From: Candidatus Heimdallarchaeota archaeon
Lineage (GTDB): Archaea; Asgardarchaeota; Heimdallarchaeia; Heimdallarchaeales; Heimdallarchaeaceae
Assembly: GCA_030603365.1 (NCBI GenBank)
Contig: JAUVXV010000006.1
Coordinates: 1-64,000 of the forward strand
Reading direction: 5' to 3'
DNA length: 64,000 nucleotides
The stretch's first letter is position 1. Every line of letters begins with the position of its first letter. Below the pieces are notes generated by a model, which was given only the letters and a program-made list of their open reading frames with translations, ran no database searches and was not told where the DNA came from. Below, in pieces: positions 57,575-64,000 of the stretch. The position numbers and the translations under genes are program-made.

Positions 57575-57637
57575 TCTTCTCTTTCATTTTTCTACCTTTT
57601 TAAAAAACTTTAAAGGAAATCTCACGTATTTCAAAAT

Positions 57638-58399
57638 ATGCTTAAAGATAATGGAAACAAATTAATGACTAAGAAAATAGTTAGCACTTCACTCATTATC
57701 TTGTTCATTCTTTATTTATCATTTAATTCCCCTACACTAGTTTCAGCAATAGATGCACCTATATTATTAACTCCAACTGATGGAGAGATGATAAGTGATG
57801 ACAGACCAACTTTGGAGTGGAATACTGTACCTGGAGCTGTACTATACCATGTCCAAGTAGATTATTATTCTTCTTTCATTACAACATTCTATTTCGCTAA
57901 TACATCAGAGACCAGTTATACCATGATGATGACTTTAGATGGTGATGATTATTTTTGGAGAGTAAGAGCGTTAGATGTGAATGATACTTGGAGTCCTTTT
58001 AGTGAAGTTTGGAAATTTTCTGTTGATACTGTGAAACCCTATATCAATCGTCCTCCAAATATTGAGTATACCGTAGGAGAAACTGGTAATGAAATAGACT
58101 GGATACCCATCGATGATTATCCTGCTGATTATGCAGTTTACTTCAACGAAATAGAGATACAGTCTGGTCAGTGGAATTCAAGTGATTGGATCACAATTAA
58201 TGTTGATGGATTACCTGAAGGAGTCTATAATTATACAATCTGGATTAGTGATCAAGCGGGAAAAACCAATGTAGATACAGTATGGGTAACAGTGAATCCA
58301 GTAGTGATACCAGAAATGAGTTCAGAGATTCTTCTTCTCATTGTAGCTTCAAGTATTAGTGTAATTGTTTTAATTGCAAGAAGGAAAAGAATCTACTAG
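57638..58399 (+). CDS. Secreted Ig/Fn3-like surface protein with PEF-CTERM-like anchor
   Basis: APILLTP-x-DG...PTLEW...YFWRVRA...WSPFSEVWKF; IPEM + TM + RRKR. Confidence 0.8.
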   Translation: MLKDNGNKLMTKKIVSTSLIILFILYLSFNSPTLVSAIDAPILLTPTDGEMISDDRPTLEWNTVPGAVLYHVQVDYYSSFITTFYFANTSETSYTMMMTLDGDDYFWRVRALDVNDTWSPFSEVWKFSVDTVKPYINRPPNIEYTVGETGNEIDWIPIDDYPADYAVYFNEIEIQSGQWNSSDWITINVDGLPEGVYNYTIWISDQAGKTNVDTVWVTVNPVVIPEMSSEILLLIVASSISVIVLIARRKRIY

Positions 58400-58545
58400 A
58401 TTCTTACTTTTTTGCTATAAGAAAAGGAAAAAATAATCTTCTCTTTCATTTTCTCATTTTCATAATCTACACTACCTGTTATTTTAGCTTCCTGAGATAT
58501 TGTGTATAATTAATCTAGAATAGTTTATATGTCTCCAAAAAAATA

Positions 58546-59487
58546 GTGGTAGTTGATAAAATGAAAAACAAAGAAGTAGTTTTGACATTATTTGTTGTAG
58601 CATGTTTATTATCTTCTATGAACGTTAGTGGTACCTTAGCACCCGATACACTAGAAGTTTACAAAGGAATAACCGTAAGAGGACCTAATTTTCAAGAGGA
58701 TACAGAAGGTATAACAGAATTCATTGTTGGTGAAACATGGACTGATACAATGTATTCTTTCGAAATTGTAGAATTTACATTGTCCATAGAATATACTGTT
58801 GTACCAGAGGGAGTAGATATGTTAGAAAATAGTATAATGTCACTAATATTGAAGGACAACAGAACAAATGCACTACCAACAGCTAGTTATTATGTAAAAA
58901 CTAGCACTGAAGAATGCACAATTTTTATAGATCTAGATCAATCAGTAAATTTTACTGAGGAGGACTTAAAAGCTACTTATAATGGAGTGACTTATACTGT
59001 ATCAGAATTGGATATAAATTCACAGATCTTCAGCGACATTAGTTTTTATTTAGGTGCATGGGCATTTGGAACTATATTCTTGATTGAAACTATGCCAATT
59101 ACCAAATACATCATATCACCACAAGCAACTATAGGCCAAGAGATTAATTATGGATTATATAATGGAGAAGTAATCGGATACGATGTATACTCTCCAGATG
59201 GGACAACGGAATACGATGTTATTGAAGTTCATCACGATGAACAAAATATTACTTATTTTGGTACTCAAAATCTCTACATAGGAGAATCAACATACTATTA
59301 TGAGAAAGAAACAGGAATTGTTGTATTTTGGATGGAAGACAATCCCGCAGGAGATGACTATCACTTTAATGCAACAGAGATTACAATCCCAGAACAAACT
59401 GAAGAAGGATCTGCTGCAGTCATAGGAGCATTGAGTGCAGTAATCGTCGCAACAGCAGTAATTACATATAGAAGAAAGAAGAAATAA
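58546..59487 (+). CDS. Secreted surface protein with C-terminal TM anchor
   Basis: Signal peptide; YYEKETGIV motif; ends TM + YRRKKK. Confidence 0.78.
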   Translation: MVVDKMKNKEVVLTLFVVACLLSSMNVSGTLAPDTLEVYKGITVRGPNFQEDTEGITEFIVGETWTDTMYSFEIVEFTLSIEYTVVPEGVDMLENSIMSLILKDNRTNALPTASYYVKTSTEECTIFIDLDQSVNFTEEDLKATYNGVTYTVSELDINSQIFSDISFYLGAWAFGTIFLIETMPITKYIISPQATIGQEINYGLYNGEVIGYDVYSPDGTTEYDVIEVHHDEQNITYFGTQNLYIGESTYYYEKETGIVVFWMEDNPAGDDYHFNATEITIPEQTEEGSAAVIGALSAVIVATAVITYRRKKK

Positions 59488-59502
59488 CAAATCTTCTCTT
59501 TC

Positions 59503-60009
59503 TTATTTTATCTTAACTTTTTTATTCAAAACTGAGTAGAGTTTAGGAACAGAATCAACAAGAATTTCTTTGGATAGTTTACCTTTTTGTTCGTATTTGT
59601 TCAAAAGGTTTGAAAGAATTTTATGATAGGGAACAGGATTAGTATTTTGAGGAATTAGCAAACCCAATGTTGCGAATGTTTCTGTTTTAAAGGAGTTCTT
59701 TTCAAAACAGGGAATCAAACGTGTCACACAAACAGCTTGTAAATCACCTATATGAGTAATCATCACATCTCCATCTTGACAAGCCATAGGCATGCTTTTC
59801 AAGCACAATTCACGATCTATTTCTTCACTTATTTTGACCTCAGGATGAAAATGTAATAATTCATTACCAAAATCTGTCATCCCGGTAAGAAAAACAGCTC
59901 TAGCTTGAAAATCGTTACTAAAGTTTTTGATGCTCTTCAATTTGAATCCCCTTGTTGTAGATTGGAGTATCTTAATAAATTTTTCCGATGTATGTACCAG
60001 GGATATCAA
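59503..60009 (-). CDS. Hypothetical protein, uDENN/longin-like
   Basis: AVFL-x4-DFGNELLHFHP-x9-ELCLKSMP resembles the uDENN pattern F-D-x3-G-x-x-L-x3-YP...IC-x-x-SFP. Confidence 0.45.
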   Translation of the reverse strand: MISLVHTSEKFIKILQSTTRGFKLKSIKNFSNDFQARAVFLTGMTDFGNELLHFHPEVKISEEIDRELCLKSMPMACQDGDVMITHIGDLQAVCVTRLIPCFEKNSFKTETFATLGLLIPQNTNPVPYHKILSNLLNKYEQKGKLSKEILVDSVPKLYSVLNKKVKIK

Positions 60010-60090
60010 GATTCAGAAAAAGAAAGCTATGGGGAAAACTTTCTCCTTTTTTTGGATTTGGAATCATTTCGATAGCATTTCTCTTAGTTC

Positions 60091-60615
60091 TTAACCTGCT
60101 GTTTCAACAAATATCTTGATAAGCCATAGTACAAAACAGTATAAACCAAAAATAATATGTCCGACAGTAGAAATCAGTAAAATCAGCATTAAGAAACCAA
60201 GAATAGTTTTTAAGATAACGTTCTGGAATGTTTCAGGATCAAACAAAATTATTACATTTTGCTGAATTTGCTTTACATAACCAATTTGATTAATTGAAGT
60301 TCTCATTTGCACAGCTAGAAATTTCTTAGAGAAGATACAGAGTAAGACATATACTAGAAATACTCCTCCAAGTACAGTGAAGACTATTGCGAAATAAAAA
60401 AATACTTGTAGATAATCCGGGTCAAAAGTCCAGACCAGATATCCTATACAAGCACTTACACCTGAGCCAATAATAATGCCAACTAGTAATACTCCAATAG
60501 GTATACGCTTTGTTAGTCTTCCCAAAAATGAAGATTTTTCTGATTTTGATATATTATCCTCTAAGATGATTGATTGTAATTCTTCTTGATATTCTGAATC
60601 ATAGTTTTTAATCAA
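60091..60615 (-). CDS. Membrane protein (3 TM)
   Basis: Hydrophobic segments; TTGA overlap with the upstream gene. Confidence 0.65.
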   Translation of the reverse strand: MIKNYDSEYQEELQSIILEDNISKSEKSSFLGRLTKRIPIGVLLVGIIIGSGVSACIGYLVWTFDPDYLQVFFYFAIVFTVLGGVFLVYVLLCIFSKKFLAVQMRTSINQIGYVKQIQQNVIILFDPETFQNVILKTILGFLMLILLISTVGHIIFGLYCFVLWLIKIFVETAG

Positions 60616-61466
60616 GATGTTTTTCTCCTCTCTTTTTCCTTATTCGCTAATCTAAGATTCATAATATTTTGATATCCATAAAGAATCAAAGCTATAGAGA
60701 TAGCAAAACAAGTGACATAATAATAATATGACAAAAATCCTTCTTTTATTATAAACCATACTCCAACAGCTAGTGAACATAATGCTAAAACAGGAGAAAT
60801 GACTTTGATGTGTTTTTGATTGTTTATTTGTTGATTAAGTTCATCATCTAGTAGATACATTAGTTCTTCTCTTTTTTGTTCAATAATACGAGCTTTTTTA
60901 GGATCTTCTCCAGTTTTTCTAGTTTTAAGATTCTCCAAGAATATTGGTAAACGTGAGATTATCAAAATAACAGCTCCAACCCCATATAAGACAAGAATGA
61001 TGTAAAATGCTATTCCAAAATACACAACTAATTTTAGTACTTCATAACTGTCTAAATTGATAAAAATTATGAACCCAATAAAAATTGCAATGAAGCAAAT
61101 TACAATAATAATAGGTAAAGCAATATTGAAAGACTTTCTAGTTCTAGGGTTATTTAGAAAATTAGTACTTCTTCTAGATTGATAAGGGATACCACTAGAT
61201 CTTTGAATTGTACTATCAACTGAAGCTTTTGGTTCTGATATTTGATTGGGATTAGGGACTTGTGTTTGTGCATCAGTTTGGGGTAAAGCAGTTTCAGGTA
61301 TAAAATAGAAACTTGCTGATTCAGATTCTTCTTGTTCTTCTCCTTTACAATAACGTATAACAGATTCTTTGAATTGATAATCGCAGTTTGAGCATTGAAT
61401 TTCTAAATTGTTATTAAATTTGCCACATTTTGGACAAGACAACTCAAGACTCATAACAGTTAACAA
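60612..61466 (-). CDS. Zinc-ribbon membrane protein
   Basis: CPKCG...CSNCD at N-terminus, 4 TM segments. Confidence 0.72.
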   Translation of the reverse strand: MLTVMSLELSCPKCGKFNNNLEIQCSNCDYQFKESVIRYCKGEEQEESESASFYFIPETALPQTDAQTQVPNPNQISEPKASVDSTIQRSSGIPYQSRRSTNFLNNPRTRKSFNIALPIIIVICFIAIFIGFIIFINLDSYEVLKLVVYFGIAFYIILVLYGVGAVILIISRLPIFLENLKTRKTGEDPKKARIIEQKREELMYLLDDELNQQINNQKHIKVISPVLALCSLAVGVWFIIKEGFLSYYYYVTCFAISIALILYGYQNIMNLRLANKEKERRKTS

Positions 61467-61607
61467 TAGCTATTTTATTTAAAAAAGTACTGTAATCCAG
61501 AATGTACTAAAGATTTTAGCATAAAATAAAACTCTGATTGAATGTTATTTCCTATACCTTAATTTCATATCACAATTTTTATATATAACACGTTTGTCAT
61601 ATGTCTT

Positions 61608-62150
61608 GTGAATCCAATTTTTTCTCCATCTAAAGTACTTGATTCTCTGATTCTTATGGGGATAGTGAAGGAAGGACCTCTTCATGGTTATGCATTAGCA
61701 TCCTTAATTGAAGAGAAATTTGGCTGGAAACCTAGTCAAACTGCAGTATATAATTCTTTGAAATCAATGGAAAATGAAAAAATGGTTACTTCTGAGGAAA
61801 GAATCGAAAAAGGTCGAGTTCAGAAGATTTATTCTATCACGGATAAAGGACGGCTCGTTTTCGATGAGACTCATCAACGAATGAGAGAACGGATGAATAA
61901 GAATTTTTCACAGTTTTTTTCATTTATGCAAATGGTTGAAGATACAGAATATTCTGAAGTATCTGACGCTTGTCAACAGAGAGTCCAATCTATATTAGAT
62001 GATATAAAGAGCATCTTTAAGATTACTTTGGTGTTATTACATGAAGCTCCACAGGAGACTCAGGAGATTATTGAAAAAACACTTGCATCTCTCAGAAAAA
62101 TTGCCAAGAAAAATGACATCAAACTTAGTGAAGAAGAGTTGTGTGAATAA
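61608..62150 (+). CDS. PadR-family transcriptional regulator
   Basis: GPLHGYAL, PSQTAVYNSLKSME, KIYSITDKG. Confidence 0.92.
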   Translation: MNPIFSPSKVLDSLILMGIVKEGPLHGYALASLIEEKFGWKPSQTAVYNSLKSMENEKMVTSEERIEKGRVQKIYSITDKGRLVFDETHQRMRERMNKNFSQFFSFMQMVEDTEYSEVSDACQQRVQSILDDIKSIFKITLVLLHEAPQETQEIIEKTLASLRKIAKKNDIKLSEEELCE

Positions 62151-62152
62151 TT

Positions 62153-64000
62153 ATGTTGCGGTTAATGAAATATGCAAAACCATACTTATTACTAATTATA
62201 GCATCAGTAGGATTATTGTTTGCGCAAGCAAATCTAGAACTAGCTTTACCAGATTATCTTTCCAATATTGTTGACACGGGTATTCAACAAGGAGGAATAG
62301 AAAATGCTGTACCAATTGCGATACGTCAGAGTGAGCTTGAAAGGATTTTCATCTTTATGGATCCTGAAAATCAAACAAATGTATTAGAGGATTATACTCT
62401 AGCAGATGAAAATTCAACAGACTATGATGAATTAGTTGAAATCTATCCGGCATTAGTAAATGAGTCTATTTATGTACTGAATGATATAAAAAATATGGAA
62501 ATCGAAGAATTGGAAGACTTATTGATAAAGCCATTAGTAGTCGTGTTCACTTTTGAACAAGCACTAGCTAATCCAGAGAATGCTACAGAAATTCTAGAAC
62601 CCCTAGGATTTAATGCTAGTTCTCTTCCTCCTCCAGAAGTATTTTTCGCTTTTTTGAGTTCGTTACCTCCTGAGAATTTAACTTTCATAATCGAAGCAAT
62701 TACCTATAGCTTTGAATCAATAGGAGAAACAATGCTGAATCAACTAGCAGTAGTAGCTGTTGGAATGGAATATGAAATAATAGGACTGAATACTGATAAA
62801 ATTCAAAACATGTTTATTCTCAATTCTGGAGGTTTAATGCTTCTGATGACACTACTAGCTGTAATATGTACAATCTCAGTAAGCTACTTAGCTTCAAAAA
62901 CATCAGCAGGAATGGGACGAGATATTCGAAGTAAATTATTCAGAAAAGTTGAGAGTTTCTCCAGTGTTGAATTTGACAGTTTTTCAACAGCCTCTTTGAT
63001 TACACGTTCAACCAATGATATCACTCAGGTGCAAGGCGCTATTTACATGATAGTAAGAATGGTTGCTTATGCCCCCATACTCGGTATTGGAGGGATAATT
63101 CGAGCTCTATCTAAAAGCAGAGACATGTGGTGGTTAATTGGTGTAGCGGTTGTAACATTAATAGTTCTTATTGGAATCGTATTTGCATTTACACTTCCAA
63201 AATTCAAAATAATGCAAAAACTAACAGATCGTCTCAATCTTGTTGCTCGAGAGAATCTTATGGGTATGCTAGTTATCCGTGCATTTAATAAGGAAAAACA
63301 TGAAGAGAAGAGATTTGATAAAGCCAATATAGATCTTACTGCTGTAAGCCTGTTTGTTATAAGAGTGTTTGTGGTTATGATGCCTTTTATGATGTTGATC
63401 ATGAATGGGCTCTCTGTAGGAATCATTTGGGTAGGAGCTCATAGAGTTGCTGATTTGAGTATGCAAGTTGGGGATATGATGGCTTTCTTACAATATGCTA
63501 TGCAAATCGTGTTTGCTTTTCTAATGTTGACCATGATGTTTATTATTCTACCTCGTGCAGTTGTAGCAGGAAATCGTATTCAGGAAGTATTAGCAATAGA
63601 ACCAGTTATCAAAGACCCTTCAGAACCTAAGAAATTTGACAAACCATTTAGGGGAAAAATAGAATTCCGCAATGTAGTTTTCAACTATCCTGGAGCAAAG
63701 AAGAGTGTACTTCAAGATATTAGTTTTACAGCTGAACCAGGTCAAACTACAGCTTTCATAGGTGCAACAGGTTCAGGAAAATCAACAATAATCAATTTAG
63801 TACCAAGATTTTATGAAGTATCTGAAGGCGCTATTTTGGTCGATGATTTGGATATTCGAGAAGTGACACAACACGATTTAAGAGAAGTGATAGGTTTTGT
63901 ACCACAAAAGAGCTCCTTGTTCTCAGGCACGATTGAAAGCAACCTGCGATTTGCAGATGAAGATGCAAGCGATGAAGCACTTCAATCATCACTTGAAATA
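62153..64000 (+). CDS. ABC exporter permease/ATP-binding protein, 3'-truncated by window edge; not in ORF track
   Basis: MLRLMKYAKPY...LALPDYLSNIVDTGIQQGG, FSTASLITRSTND, RENLMGMLVIRAFN, Walker A GATGSGKST at 63761; frame open to the end. Confidence 0.93.
   Translation, partial: MLRLMKYAKPYLLLIIASVGLLFAQANLELALPDYLSNIVDTGIQQGGIENAVPIAIRQSELERIFIFMDPENQTNVLEDYTLADENSTDYDELVEIYPALVNESIYVLNDIKNMEIEELEDLLIKPLVVVFTFEQALANPENATEILEPLGFNASSLPPPEVFFAFLSSLPPENLTFIIEAITYSFESIGETMLNQLAVVAVGMEYEIIGLNTDKIQNMFILNSGGLMLLMTLLAVICTISVSYLASKTSAGMGRDIRSKLFRKVESFSSVEFDSFSTASLITRSTNDITQVQGAIYMIVRMVAYAPILGIGGIIRALSKSRDMWWLIGVAVVTLIVLIGIVFAFTLPKFKIMQKLTDRLNLVARENLMGMLVIRAFNKEKHEEKRFDKANIDLTAVSLFVIRVFVVMMPFMMLIMNGLSVGIIWVGAHRVADLSMQVGDMMAFLQYAMQIVFAFLMLTMMFIILPRAVVAGNRIQEVLAIEPVIKDPSEPKKFDKPFRGKIEFRNVVFNYPGAKKSVLQDISFTAEPGQTTAFIGATGSGKSTIINLVPRFYEVSEGAILVDDLDIREVTQHDLREVIGFVPQKSSLFSGTIESNLRFADEDASDEALQSSLEI

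Noticed and set aside
62041-62274. 77-aa + strand ORF bridging padR and the next gene
   Set aside because: The real gene is the ABC exporter starting at 62153 in another frame.
1-64000. tRNA or rRNA genes
   Set aside because: No GC-rich cloverleaf or rRNA-like segment recognised in any intergenic region by eye; tRNAscan-SE/Infernal would be needed to exclude them fully.

Overview
AT-rich archaeal chromosomal segment, very probably from an Asgard archaeon (Heimdallarchaeia-like). This is inferred from archaeal core genes (GluRS, RadA, Alba, Topo VI A/B, DGGGP synthase) together with eukaryote-signature-type proteins: a Rab-like GTPase, a membrane RING protein, a CD36-like protein, a uDENN/longin-like protein and FtsZ/tubulin-superfamily paralogues. 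The most striking element is the topoisomerase VI operon. Its B subunit is a 4186-aa protein: an intact Top6B core, then about 50 (counted by eye) degenerate helix-hairpin-helix-like modules and a basic tail. Its A subunit carries a ubiquitin-like-looking N-terminal extension. Other notable items: (1) two divergent FtsZ/CetZ-like genes, one lacking the GTP-binding signature, embedded among membrane proteins; (2) a CD36/SR-B-like receptor with an inserted LVIVD propeller; (3) a CPBP protease-Rab-HEAT operon; (4) two TnpB-only elements with a rearranged RuvC site and covarying right-end hairpins; (5) an IS607-type element with a decayed TnpA and an oversized TnpB inserted cleanly into the ogt/MGMT gene; (6) an array of C-terminally anchored surface proteins sharing a 3' cassette. 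No rRNA, tRNA or CRISPR array was seen. All assignments come from reading motifs by eye; no database search was run.
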